Shown here: positions 40,550 to 53,388 of the stretch, piece by piece
Layout of the letters: each line of letters starts with the position of its first letter
Numbering within the stretch: the stretch's first letter is position 1
Origin: Basidiobolus meristosporus CBS 931.73
Taxonomy: Eukaryota; Fungi; Basidiobolomycota
Length of the DNA: 64,000 bases
Assembly (NCBI GenBank): GCA_002104905.1
Contig: MCFE01000458.1
Span: forward strand, 7,806-71,805
Direction: 5' to 3'
Position numbers and translations under genes: made by a program
The notes under the pieces: generated by a model
Told to the model about the DNA's origin: nothing
Database searches by the model: none
Seen by the model: only the letters and a program-made list of their open reading frames with translations

Positions 40550-42035
40550 ACAGAGTCCAAGATTGCAAAAGTAGCTTTCCAGGAGGTTATTAACCTTACC
40601 CTACAAAAAATTCCAAGCAAAGGCCAGCCATATACTAGCATAATAGCAGGTGAAATATCTTGCTAGTGATGGCTCATAAGGAGGCTGCTGGTTTTTTGCT
40701 GCAGCACCCTTATGCTTGCACCTTTCAAAGTTTCTACAGTACTGGGAGATCTTCTGAGTACACCAATGCTTACCCAACAGATATATGCTCATTTCAAAGG
40801 TATTCTGCTATAGCTCCAATTTTCAAGATATAAAACAGCATAACTGATTTCATCTTGACTTTTTTCCACAAGTTTCTCTCTCCACCATAGCTTCAAGCAC
40901 TGTATGCTTAGAGGGTGCTTCTGCCTTTCTTTTCATGAAGTAGACTCAAAGTATCCAGTTTTTGCATCATTCAACATACATAAATACTCTAATCCAGCGA
41001 TGAGTAAATTTTGGATAGTACCACATAGATATATGTGAGTGAGATCTAGTTTTTTCTTGGGTGTGAGTAACACAGAGCTCATGGGCAGCTGTCTGGCTTG
41101 TTTGTCATATATGCAGGCATCACAATGCTTCAAACATCCAGGGGATCAGTTTTGCTTCAAGAATTTGATGATTTTTGAAATATTTTGTGCAACTAATCAA
41201 ATTGATATATCTAAATCTCCTTTGCCATAGCATGAATATTTCATTATTTAGGTAACTAATATTGGCCTCCAGAAAGGATGGAATATAAGTCAACTAGTAC
41301 AGAATCTGAGCTCTGATGCCTGAGGAAATATGAGTACCCCTTTGATCAGTGACCTGCATCCAGAACTGTCAAAACTGAAGCTGTGTCCTTGTGCTGTGGC
41401 CTTTCTGACAGATAACATATTCTTGGCTGTTTCTGCTACATTAAGGAATACTTTGAAGGTAAGTGTGTGGCTTCCTTCATAGCTTCTGATATTACTTTTC
41501 ATAGGGCTTTAAGAAGGATCTCCTCCCATGACAATATAACAAAGGCCTCTTCCCTATAGCTGCATCTTCATCTTCACCTTCCAGACTTACTATCTAGATC
41601 CATCCATCTTCTCAACAGAGGGAGAAATTACAGTAATAGCAGCATATCTCAATCCAGAGGGTGGCAGCCTGGGGCTCATTGCATTTTGGAAAAGTCTTTG
41701 ACAATCTTGGAAGTCTTTGGGAGAATCAGTGGATTATGTTGTTTTCACACAACAATTTGTTGAATATAAGTGTAGCATTTGTACCTTTTCATAGCCTTGG
41801 CAAAGCAAGAAAGGAGCATATGCTCAGAGGTCACAACAGCAGGAGTGCAAAGTTTGGGGCTGTTTGGACAATATTGAGGTATTTAATGCTTGAGATGCCT
41901 GATGTTTTGATGAAAATATTCCCAGTAAATACCAACAACAAATTTGGCAGAATTCTCTAAGACTTGTGAGCTATGATCTAAGTGACTAAGCTTGGCAAAT
42001 CTCTTGATGCAGTTACAGAGTTTACAACCTATTAT
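40550..42035 (-). mobile_element. Degraded related copia remnant (LTR about 41.69-42.03 kb, gag start, integrase pieces)
   Basis: KHCDACIYDKQARQ (40933-41133), HTLTFKVFL..AKNMLS (41290-41502), and LTR-like sequence similar to the 349-bp LTR. Confidence 0.7.
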
Positions 42036-45000
42036 GGAGTGGATCTATGGGGGGATAAGGAGAAAAGCTAAGTTGCAAGTACTGCCATGTCTAAATCTCA
42101 TTAAGTATATTATATTCAAGTGTGCTATTACCCTATGAAAAATAACTTGGTCCCATGGGTGGATTCAATTGAGATCAGTCGTCAGGATCCTGTTTAGAGA
42201 CCATCATAATACCAGCAGCTTGGAATTAGTGACTCTCTCAACAATCTTATGATGGGATCACAATGGTGATTGGCTAATTTTACTGCTAAATAAAGTTAAA
42301 AAACTTAATGGGGTTTAATTGATGCTGTGACAATAATTGCATGGCATTGTTGTGGTCTTATTGCACCCTACAACTTTTTAAATGGATCTAACCATCCAGT
42401 ACATCCAGCTGCTTTATATGGCGAAAAACTTGACATTGTCTTGACAACCTCTTTGTGAGTCTTGGATGGTAGTAATATGGCAGTATTTTGGCCTAGAGCT
42501 AGTTCTGTACAGTGCTACTGTACCAATTAATCAAATGGTATTTCCTTTTTCTACCTCCCCTTATGCAACTCATATATTCCACTGTAGAATCACCCTGCTT
42601 TCTTTGCTTACCCACTGTCACCTTGGGTATTTCACATATAGTTCAGATCAAGAAACACTATGGTCTCCTACTTACTAACCTCTACAAACACACACACTTG
42701 CCACAATTGACATACTTCTATTTCCTCAACTTTACAGCTTTTTAGTGTGATACTTGCAAAGTTGCCATATATCCTGTACTGCTAGTAACATATACATCTT
42801 ACAAACATATGTTTGGTTGTCACCACTTCTGCCATGAATACCTCCTGAATAACTGCAAAGAACTTTTTGGTTTTTGGCAAATATATCCCTTCTCCCAGCA
42901 GGATTCTAGACCCCATTATAGGTGCGCTCTGGCCCTTGTTTGTGTGAGTTCCATATTGAATGGTGTAGAAGTTGGCTTGTGACCAAGAGAAACCTGGCAT
43001 ACATTGGGAGAGCTTTCCTAATAAGATCAGTTTTATATTGCACCCAACCCAACTTTGCATTACTTAACTGATTACCCACAGATTGGGGCTACTTAGCCTT
43101 GTAATTCCATAGGCATAGGAGTCTCCATGTGCACATCTGTCCTCAGTAATTTGCAATTCTTCCTGACTGTCCTCCATGTACCAATCCATCACATCCATGA
43201 TGGACCTGAAGGTAATTTTATTGATGAGATTAGGATATGGTAGTACCTGCAACTTGACTTGTCTTCCTATTGCCCCACACATCTGCTCCATAGGAAACTC
43301 TCAAAAGGTGAAGCAAGGCCCAACATTCTCCACACACCAAGCAAGATGGAGTAGAGAATGGATACAGTAGTGGCAGAGATCTACACATTCAGCTTCATGT
43401 CTGTTGTATAGCCATGCAGATACTGTTACAAACTCCCTGCACAAGAGCTGTAGATGTGTCTAGTTGGTATTGGTGATTCACTTCTGGAAAATATTCCTAC
43501 AATGTCCACATATGACTCCCAATGCTTTCAATGTACTTTTGGTAGGAATGGCTTCAGAACGCCACTTGGATAAATACCTATCCAGTTCATCCAGTCTTTA
43601 CGGTTGTATTGTTGAATATGGATATGAATATTGATTGGAGCCTGTGAGAAGTACTTAAGGTAGTTGATACTCTGTAATATCTTGCCAACTCTTCTAAGTT
43701 TCTCCGGTATCTCAAAGGGCTCATTCAGCTTGGAATGCCCCATGTACAACTTAGTCATCTGTGTAGGGATATTGTTGAAGAGCAAATGCATTGCTCCCAG
43801 TGGAAAGCTTTTGCTTCAACAGTTACCCTCTATCTTAAGTATCTCCAGTTTCCAAAGGATTCCCTATTCTAGCCAATGGCTTATAGCTTGCCAACTTTGC
43901 TGCAATTGCATGGTGACTTCTGTACATTCTCTCTGTGGGAAGATGATGTGTTTAGTATTGGTATTTGGGTAATGATAATGTGTGTGAGTTTTGGAGTAAA
44001 TCCTCTGGATCTCATACATTTGGCAGCAATACCATCCATTGTGCCCATAAAAACCTGCTATCTTGCTGATGGCTGGGGTATCTCCAATGCAGATAATAAT
44101 ATGGGCTTTTACATGACAGTTACTTACTGTTATTCCACTGGAAAGCATACAAAATTCATCTAGTAGTGGATACAGGTAGCCATCCAGGTTGGATGGTGAT
44201 TTAGGCCCAAATACCAGTGAGACTACTATCAGATTTTTGCTCTGATACTGTAAGATGGGCAGCGGATTTGGATTGATGAGAATCAGTGGCCAGCAGGATT
44301 TGCTGCTAGAGTACTGTTTAATGAAGATCCATCAAGTGCCAAGGCAAAGGCATGGTCATACATACCTTCAAAGTAGCCCTTGCTTCTTAGCTGTGTGTAA
44401 TGTTTGCCATCAAATATATTGGATATGTGTGTGCTTGATTGATACTGAGTGTGGTACTGTGCAGCTTTGCAATAATAAATTGGACTGCATGAGCTGCTTT
44501 AAACAGGGCATTACCAAAATATATCTGGAGTGTGAATGATATTTTCCCTCTATGGTGGCTGATTCCTGACAATTTGGACATGTCGCAATGGGGGTATTTT
44601 CAGATGTGAATGCCATGCAACTGTTAACAGTCTCTGGATTGTATGTTGCCAGCTGCATGATGGTTGTCCACCTGTACCATGCACATAGTAGGTTGCATCC
44701 CACAATGATTTTGGCATGAAGTAGTAATAAATCCTCAAAGCCCCCATTACTGATATTAGTGGAAATGCGCCACTTCTCTAGCCACAACACTACATCATTC
44801 ACCAGTATATGGATTACTGGGCTTACTTGGCTCCATAAAGTATCCCTGGCATTTGTTTCAATGGGTGCTGTCTCATTGCATATGGAGAATTGTCTGGGCT
44901 CATGCCTGGCACTGTTGTTAGGGGAGATTGGCTTACAATCCATCAGTGAGCCTTCTTTGTCAGAGCTATCACTCTGCATGCCATATTCAGAAGGCTGAGG

Positions 45001-45589
45001 TGGGCCTAAAGGTGCACAAACTCACCTAACTCAGTTTATGCAAGGTGACAAAGACAGCCAGGTGCCAATATAGAAGTATCAACTGGCTGGCAAGATAATG
45101 TTGGTACAGCAGTGACCAATGAATGGTCAAATATGACTTGGGTGGCAAAACACTGGCTGTGGTCCTTGTGATACTTCCTATGCTGTCTGCATGCTTCATA
45201 GCTGAGAGGCTTGCCACAATAGCCACATTGTCTTTTCTCTTCTCTTATGGTGTTGAGTCAAAGTAGTCTTGTCCAAGAGGCAAACAGTTTGACCTTCAAC
45301 AACATAACGCTATTATATCACTTTTTGGTCAATACTCATGTGAACTTAAGACAGTCTTGTATTTGAAACATTGCACCCACATGAATGTAAGATTCAATGA
45401 TGACCCACCATAGTAAGCACTATAAATAAAGCTGCGGCACCACATACCCATGTATATGTAACACTATTTCCCCTTTGGTTTGACTCACTCCATATATATG
45501 CCACCAAGAAATAAAGCAAAGTTGTCTGGTTCTCAACCAAACCCCACTGCTGATGGCAGCAGAAGAGCAGTTGGACAACAGCTTGCTTT

Positions 45590-46882
45590 TGTTGTAAAAA
45601 TTTGTAATTCCACCTAAATATTCACCTAACTTAGTCACTTAGATCATTACCTTCAAATCCTAGAGAATACTGACCAAATTCCTTGTTGGGATTTACTTTG
45701 AATATTTTCACCAAAATACCAGGTACCCAGAGCATGAAAATTCTCAAAGCTGTCCAAACAGCCCCAATCTTTGCACACATGTTCTTGGGACCTTCCTTAA
45801 CCTATTCTACGTGTTTGTAATGCCAAGACCAGGTAAAAGTATAAATACTACTTTTACATTCAATAAATCAATAAGTGAGAACCACATAATATACTTGTTC
45901 TCCAAATCACTTCCAATATCTCCAAGACTCTTACAACAGGTTATGAGCCCCAAGCTGTCACTCTCTGCAGTGTCTACTACTGCTATTACTGGAATTTTTC
46001 CCTCTGCTGAAAAGTTGGATGGATCTAACTACCAAGTGTGGAAGGTGAAGATGAAGATGCTGCTACAAGAAAGAGGCCTTTGGGATATTGTCATGGGAGA
46101 AGAATGCCCTCCTAAAAACATGGGAGAGGAAGCCTTGAAGTACCAGAAGAAAGAACAAAGTGCCTTTAACTGCATTTGCCTTAATGTCAAGGACAAATTG
46201 CTAATTCAATGCTCAAGAGCAAAAACGGCAAAGAATGCCTGGAAAGCATTGGAAGACACCTACCAGTCATGTTCAGCTGCCAAGAAAATGTATCTGAGAC
46301 AAATATTCTTTACTACAAAGATGCTGCCAGGAGAAGAAATGAAAAATCTAATTAACAGAATTACCCTGCTGGTAGATGAGATGGAATCTGTGGGCATACC
46401 AACTACTGATGAGGATGTGATAGTTACCATCCTGAATAGCCTGACAGACAAGTTTCAGGGCCTTGTATCAGCCCTAGAGTCCAGAACTGAAGATTTGACC
46501 TTAAATTACGTATATGGAAGGCTCCTGGATGAAGAATTAAGAAAATCAAGCGCCAATAAGAATGAAGAAGAAAATGCTTTAATAAGCAATGCTAACCAAC
46601 AAAGGAGGTACCCAAGACCCTACAAAGGCAACAGCAACCTATTTTGCAACTACTGCAAAAGGAAAGGACACACATCAGACCGGTGTCTCAAAAAGAGAGA
46701 TTATCAGCAAAAGAAGCCTGAATATGGAAATGCTGTAACAACTGAAGATAGACTATTCATATCTGCACTAAATATGACCACAAACAAGGATTCTCAGACG
46801 TGGTATATTGACTCTGGAGCTTCTCAACACTTTACACACCAAAAAGAACTTTTTATCCAATATCTCCAAGACTCTTACAACA
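45590..46882 (+). mobile_element. Copia with intact 5' LTR (45590-45938), PBS and gag, and with pol deleted
   Basis: TGTTGTAA..TTACAACA LTR; PBS 45939-45950; gag fused to the last ~25 nt of an LTR at 46856-46882. Confidence 0.9.
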
Positions 46883-46890
46883 AGTACTAA
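45942..46890 (+). CDS. Copia Gag (UBN2-like core, CCHC zinc knuckle) plus protease start
   Basis: KLDGSNYQVWKVKMKMLLQERGLW, CNYCKRKGHTSDRC, WYIDSGASQH. ATG lies within the PBS. Confidence 0.88.
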
Positions 46891-48756
46891 TGAAGCAAGG
46901 TGCAGTGGCTGATAGGATACATGCAATGGCCCGGAGAAATCAGGAAATAGTCCAGAAACAGGATGAGCAGATAATATGTGTAGAGCAATCAATATCCTAG
47001 GTAGAGCAAGCAGTATCTTTGCAGCAAAGAAGGAACTCAAGTAGCTCAATATCACAGCCAAGAATTGGTCCATAAGAGTTGGAAGTCTGTGAGAACACAC
47101 ATTTCTTTGGCATCTAGAAGCTAAGCAGCCCCAACATCTGCATCATAAGTAAAGTAAGGCAAGGACACACTTGACACAACAAGCAACCAATTTTCTATTA
47201 GGACAATGTAAGTAAGGTGTGTCAGAAACCTCCTGGATGCAAGTCAATTTCCGCACCTTTGAATATGGAATTGACACAAAAATGGAGGGGAGTGCACCTG
47301 TTAGTGGTACTACAATCCAGCAGGGAGAAGGAATATATTGGCTAGGTACAGAGCAGTAATTTGCAGTTATTCAAGAGGGGATCATGGCAAACCTGGTGGC
47401 AACCAAGTGTATGTGAGCATGATGTAAGTGCTACCAACAATACAAGGCATATGGCAGCTTTGAAAGCATCACACCAAAAGACCATCTAGTCCAGGTGATA
47501 GAAGCGTGTGAATTGCAGCAGGTGTGAAAATATGTTGAGGTTAATACAAAGGAAGCAACGATTTTTTTTTGATTCAGGCGATTTGTCAAATACCCATGGT
47601 TATAATGGGTAAATAATAAGGAGGCATGATTTTGCAGTGCGATATATGAATGGTACAAGAGGAGGTAAAAAAGTGGAATACCATCAGGTAAATTGGTATG
47701 GCGGCATTATGCAATAAAAGTGGTTTCCAAGTGACAGTTTCAGCAACGTCAGAGCCCTTCCCCCGGGGGCAATGGAGAGTCACCAATCCAGGTAACAGCA
47801 CACCAAAAGATGCCAGACTGGGGTTTGAAACTCCACACGCATCTTTCAAAGGAAGCAAACCGAGGGGACCTCGAGCTATACCCACCATCTAGATGGGAAG
47901 AGGCCGGGTGCACAGTCGGTAGGCTCGGTTAGTGAGTTTGAGGTCGCTCAGCACTCTTGATGCTTCTCCAGTGCAGACAATCAGCAGGTTGTGGGTGGTG
48001 GCGCGGGGAGGGGGATTGACGGTCCACGAGAAACCAAGGTTTACCCGGAGGAAGTCTAGCCTGCTTCAAGAAGGGGAAGTGGAAAGACGCCTAGGGGGTA
48101 TTTGAGGTTTTCACCAGTTGGTTGCTGCCCCACCTAAACGATCAGTCACCGCTTGTGGCCGAGCTTGGTGAATCTATTAAGGTTCGGCACGCGCGATGTC
48201 AGCGGGTGAGCATATCTCACGATGGAGAGAACCATTAATTCGAGCATTGGATCCAATTAAGATCGCATCCTGTAAGACAGGGCAAATCAGGCTTCAGGAT
48301 GTTCTGGATTTGAGCACCCGTTTCTGGATACTGGACACAGTGGAATGTCTGTTGTTCAACAGACCCATCTGCGGGTCGGTGAGGACTGTCAAGCAACTCG
48401 GAATCAAGGCGCTCGTCGCAAAGGGAAGGGGCCCAGCCAAATGGCCAGCAACCTCCACCCTCCCAGCAGCAATGAGAAGAACCAGGGCTCGGAAGGCCGC
48501 TGGTGGGTCTCTCTGGACTTCTGCGTGGGGCACCTCGGTCATTCTTCGCCCTATGACACCCGCAGACCCACCTTCGAAAGAAAAATCCCAGTGGACTGCA
48601 GCAGTGGGAAACCTGTACCGTTGCCTCCTGTATCTAGAATTCGCCATCGCTGCCACACCATGCTGTTGCCATCGGTGAGATTAATTTATACTCATCGGCT
48701 CTAGATGAGCTAAGGCAATTATCCAACCACCGATTGATTAAGATCCAGGAGCCGCA

Positions 48757-48843
48757 ATCATCTCCATCAACCAAATCTCCATCATCTCCATCAACCAAAT
48801 CTCCATCATCTCCATCTCCATCTCCATTTCCATTTCCATTTCT
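48757..48843 (+). repeat. 24-bp tandem repeat (about 2.5 copies) grading into CCATCT/CCATTT hexamers
   Basis: atcatctccatcaaccaaatctcc twice, then ccatct and ccattt runs. Confidence 0.85.
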
Positions 48844-49285
48844 GTCGCCAACACTGAGGGTCGAGGGTAGAGGGTTGAGTGTTTGTGGATTCGGATCACT
48901 CGAAGGGTCTAGGAATCAGGTCAGCGTGAATCACCAGATGACTGTTTGATAGGATGTTCATTCAGTGCTTCACTCTCGGCCATCTAAAATCCGGTCTCTC
49001 ACCCCCTACATTCCTGTTCTCACCCTTAGATGGGCCTTGATGTAACATTGTTTGTTGTTGCCCACCGCCTCTGGTGGATTTCGTTCTTCATTAACTCCCT
49101 CGCATAAACTTTTCCTTTCATCGAAATATTCCCCTCTCCTCGTTTTGGCTTGATTTTCTAGCGAGAAAGCCGTTGCCTCGTCCCTTCCCTCCACCGCCAA
49201 AGCTCTTCTGCCCTACCCGTGTGACTCGTATTGTGGACAAGTTAGTACAGGAGACGCCGTGACCTTTCGCCCAACGTTCTTGGTG

Positions 49286-50273
49286 ATGCAACTTTCCCGT
49301 CGTAACACTTTGGCCTCTCAGTTGGTAGTATGGTTGTTGAGTTATTCCAGGGTATCGGTCAAGGTCGTCTTGGCCATCCTTCTGGCCCCCTTCACCATCC
49401 CCTTATTCAGACGCACCTCCACCATGCTGCTTACCATCCACAGGAAGTGGTTCTCTTATATTCCGACCATGTTTGATCCCCTTCACTACATCATCCAATT
49501 CATCTGGATTCCCGCTTCCAACACTCTGAAAGCCGCCTACCAGATCTGGGTTAGAAAGGGGTTCGAGACTCTGCTGCCCATGACCACCTGCAAAGAATAC
49601 GATCTAGAGTATGTCACCACCTTCCCGAAGCTCTCCCTCCCTCCCAGACGGCCCCGATTCAAGCCCGACACGAACAAGCTCCGGATGCAGATCGTGCGTA
49701 ATATCGAGGCGAAATGTCCGTAGGGATTCTGCCTGCTTCCTGTCGTCAGCCCACTAACGCTTTTTTGCACAGGGAGGCGCAAGGCGCTAACCAAATGGGT
49801 CAAAGAGGCTTCGATAGCCCTGGCGCAACCGCGTAGTAAGTGCTCTCCATTCCCTCTCAACCGAGCTGTGCTAACCCCTGGAATAGCGGAAAGAGGACAA
49901 CACCCTAGAGTGCTCGAGCTCCCCGAAAAGCCCCGGAGACGGGAGAAGGCTCGTTTCAAGGAAGAGACCCGGCGGGAGCTGTTTCTTTTCGAGCCCGCCG
50001 GCCTGGTCTCTCGGGCCTCATCAAGACTGCCGCCACGTCTGCTCACCGCTCCGAAATCACCACCTTCCCCCATCAGAATGCATAGGCAGGCCTTCCACGC
50101 TAGTTCGGGAATGCGAGCCATGAACTGCTCGGTGGACGAGTATCCGTTGCATCCCGGCGCGTCTGCCAGCTACCATACGTTAGTTTACCTAACACCCATT
50201 TAACCGAATTGTTCCTCCTGTCCTGTGGTCCATTAGCCACTGCCCCACCTCCACCGCACACGACTTCACCTAG
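49286..50273 (+). CDS. Uncharacterised 4-exon protein (about 273 aa) with hydrophobic N-terminal segments and a basic, Pro/Arg-rich C-terminus
   Basis: Exons 49286-49715, 49773-49835, 49887-50178, 50237-50273 join in phase to 822 nt. Introns of 57, 51 and 58 nt; the first two have CTAAC branch sites. Donors GTCCGT, GTAAGT, GTTAGT. CpG-rich context. The start is uncertain. Confidence 0.55.
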
Positions 50274-51671
50274 TGCCCATGACGAGAGATCCCGGGACTG
50301 GCATATAGCGCGCGGTCCACTTCTCCACCCTAACCCCTTTACTTATTCCCTCGTACATGTATTGCATTTTGTATCCACAGAAGCAATGAACCCGCGACAT
50401 TTGTTGATTGTCTATGCCCGTTATTTGAGTATCACCTGTCCTTTGCCCAGCCTCACCCGACCTCATAGGAAGCCTTGACGGGATAGCCTCCGTCCAATGT
50501 TTGATAAAAGCGATGTTTACATATACCACTGCCACAGGCCATTCTGTATCGCCCTCTCCTTTGCCACACAGCGGACACGTCGTCCAGGCTCGTCGCATCT
50601 GGCCCAGGGTCATCGACACTGGTTTCATGCTTTTGCCCATGCCAGATGGGATCCAAGCACCGCTCGAGACACGCCCCAGCCATCTAGCAGAGCCGTCGCT
50701 GAACTAGGATAGATGGATGCGGGAGGGAAATCCTGTTTCAGGGCCACCCGGCCACCGAGTCGAGCATTCCAGGGTCGGTTTCGCGGAGTAGTCGCCCGCA
50801 CCTTGGCGAAATCCGAAACGCCCTTCCTGTATAAGCAGCGCAGATCCCGAATCCTCCCACCAGAACGCTGATCGCAGATGGCTCCCATCTGAATCCCCAC
50901 CCCATTTCGCACCTGTTTGGCCGTATAACTGTATCTATCTCTAGTCTGAAGCGGCCGCCCGGACTGATGAGCAGCAGCCGTGTGTGCATATTCGCCGAAT
51001 CAGTAAATTAAATGCTGGGTTCTACCCCCATACACCCGGCAGCCCCGATGAGGCCATTGGTTGGCGCCTCCCAGGGAACAGCTCTGATTGGAGCTGCGAG
51101 ATGGCTGCCATACATCTGGCTAGTGCAGGGTAGTTGGGGACTGGCTGCCGCTTTTGCTGCTGATCAGTGTGCAGTCACATGAGCTGCGGGCGGGCATCTA
51201 GCTTCCTAGCCTCGATGGATCTGGCTGGCAATCTGGTCAGACAGCGCAAGGAGTGAGGCTGCACGCGGGGCACTCATTTCTCTATCCTTGCTCTTAGCGC
51301 CGGTGAGGCCCATCGGTCAAGGCAGTCAGCGCAGCCCCCAGCCCGCATCCCATGGATCTGTGCGCAAGCCACCTGGCTGGCGCCGGGCCGCATGCATCCC
51401 AAGGCAGTGACTGGTGTGTGGATTCAGCAGCAAACGGATGGTTGGGTGATGGTGAAATCAAGAAACATTTACTTGGTTATAATACTTCGGATAAATCAAA
51501 TTAAGGGTATTCTTAGTGGTCGGGACAGATCCAGCCCCATCACTCAACTGAAATCCAAGGAAAATGGAAAAATAATTCAGTTGTCGGTGGTTGGGACTTG
51601 GAAAATATAAACAACTTCAATTGGTGGACCCTATGCTAGGTGCTGAGTGGAATAAGAAATGCGCTGGGGTG

Positions 51672-53388
51672 TTAGACGTCTAGTGGGGTGAACTTGGGTA
51701 TGGGTGGTAGGGTGATACTGATGGCCTCGTGCGGTGTACTGGAGGTTGAGAGGCTGGTGGTACTGGACTGACTGGACAGTGTGGATGCCCTGTCCAAAGA
51801 TTCCACAGTAGCTGTGGATCTGGTTCTGGAGGTTGTGAACGAGGGGTCGGTGGAGTTGCTTGTCTTGGTAAAGAAGCGACGTTCCTGCATTGTCTTGACG
51901 TAGACTTCGGTGTCGATTGTTTGGGGAAATTCGTAGCCATCACCTGAACTGGTTCAAGGGTGAGGACCGGTGATATGAGCCAGTGGAGTGCAGGTTGATT
52001 CACTTACCTATTCACAGTTGGTGCTATGGAGTTGGCGTGAAGGTAGGAGAGTGAGTTAGTAATGTGACTGGGCACCACAGCACGAAGGAAACTGAGCTTT
52101 TAGTACCAAACCATAGCCAGAAGCTCGCGCCCATAATCGCCTTCCAGTTCTCCAACGGCCCCAAATCGTACACATTCACCCTGGGCTCAATATGCTTTTG
52201 CTTTTGTCTAATGTTCTCTATAGTCGTCTGGTTCCGGAGAATCAGTCTTGTGTGAAAAACGGTGAATGCAACCAAGAAGATCCCCAAGAGCGATGCCAAG
52301 GCTATCAGAAGCGTCCATTCGATATGGACACCCTGCCCTTCCTACAGTACTGATCAGTCATAGACCCGCACGGATGCGTCAAACTCGTACTTACATTGTA
52401 TCGCGCCACCACGGGATATGTGACTGATGCGGGAATGTAGATGCAGTACAGTGAGGTGTATAGAATTAATAAATAGAAGATCTTATAGTTGCGCCAACCG
52501 ACACATCGATTGATCCTAGGAGAGGAGGGTGGTTAATGGAAAGAAAGGTGGCCAGCGGCATGGACTCGGTCTTACCATGGGCAGTGACTATATTCCCAAG
52601 AAGCAAGGCGGAATGGATCGGGTTAGTGCCGTGCAGGGCATTACTAGGATGAACATGAACACTACGTACTGATCCATTTTTAAGATACACTTATCGCAGC
52701 TTGAGCAATGATGGCAACGCTGAGGCTTATGGGTCCCACAATGATTACAGTAGCTGACTTGGATCTGATCCGGCCCCGTTCCCTCCAGCACCCAATTGGT
52801 GCTTTTCATGGTATCATACTGTCCGACGTTGGGCAGCACCATAGCCATGTCGGGCTTTCGAAGGGCACTTTGATGGTATGCATCGCACCAAGGTTCTGAG
52901 ACTAAGCTTGGAAGGGACTCGTGGCTGTCCACAGCTAGCAATTCTCTCTGGCTCGCATGCCCCTTGCTATCGTGCAGAATATTGAACTGTCATTCATCGT
53001 TGGGAGTGGCTTAGTATACTTGATATCAAAATCGGGCCATGCTTGAGCAATTTACCTGGATTGGGGAGCCGGCGTGGGTCAGAACGGCACGAAGATAGCA
53101 TACTACAACCAGGGCGAAAAGAATACTAAAGATGGAAAGCTGAGCAACTGTAGGTGTGTTAGTAAGAAAATGCCGCCAGGTGAGTTTCCGATGCCTACAC
53201 TTACTCGCTTGCTCAAAGTTATACGAGATCAACTCAGCTTCAATAGAGTTAGAACCGGATCTTGGTGAATATGGCCTCTGAGCATACTAACCAACAAGAC
53301 TGAATACATATGTGTAATAGGACCAGCCTAGGAGAATTATGACAAACACTATTGGAAGGTTCCCGCGTATAAAACTCTTCTGTGCCAT
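51672..53388 (-). CDS. DHHC-type palmitoyltransferase (Pfa3/ZDHHC2-like), 9 exons, about 392 aa
   Basis: Exons 53388-53292, 53237-53205, 53147-53056, 52965-52670, 52587-52576, 52515-52395, 52341-52107, 52023-52008, 51948-51672 splice GT-AG in phase to 1179 nt. Motifs: [70 protein letters not shown]. The ATG is preceded by TTTCAG, so an upstream exon or 5'UTR intron is possible. Confidence 0.93.

Larger units (their letters stand above)
42131..47070 (-). mobile_element. CACTA copy B, interrupted by a copia insertion at 45590
   Basis: Left end CCCTATGAAAAATAACTTGGTCC; ORFs 43864-44148 and 44410-44979 match the copy A transposase; ORF2 resumes after 46882. Confidence 0.8.

Noticed and set aside
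45939-45950. Link between the copia PBS and the tRNA array
   Set aside because: GGTTATGAGCCC matches the internal half-molecule priming site of initiator tRNA-Met (known copia-type priming), and tRNA-iMet is not in the array.
48196-48704. Overlapping 119-160 aa ORFs on both strands
   Set aside because: No recognisable domain or consistent splice model; long ORFs are expected by chance in GC-rich DNA.
50266-50989. Possible minus-strand gene (ORFs 50266-50640, 50453-50683, 50625-50912, 50738-50989)
   Set aside because: I could not build a convincing in-phase model, and there are no family motifs.
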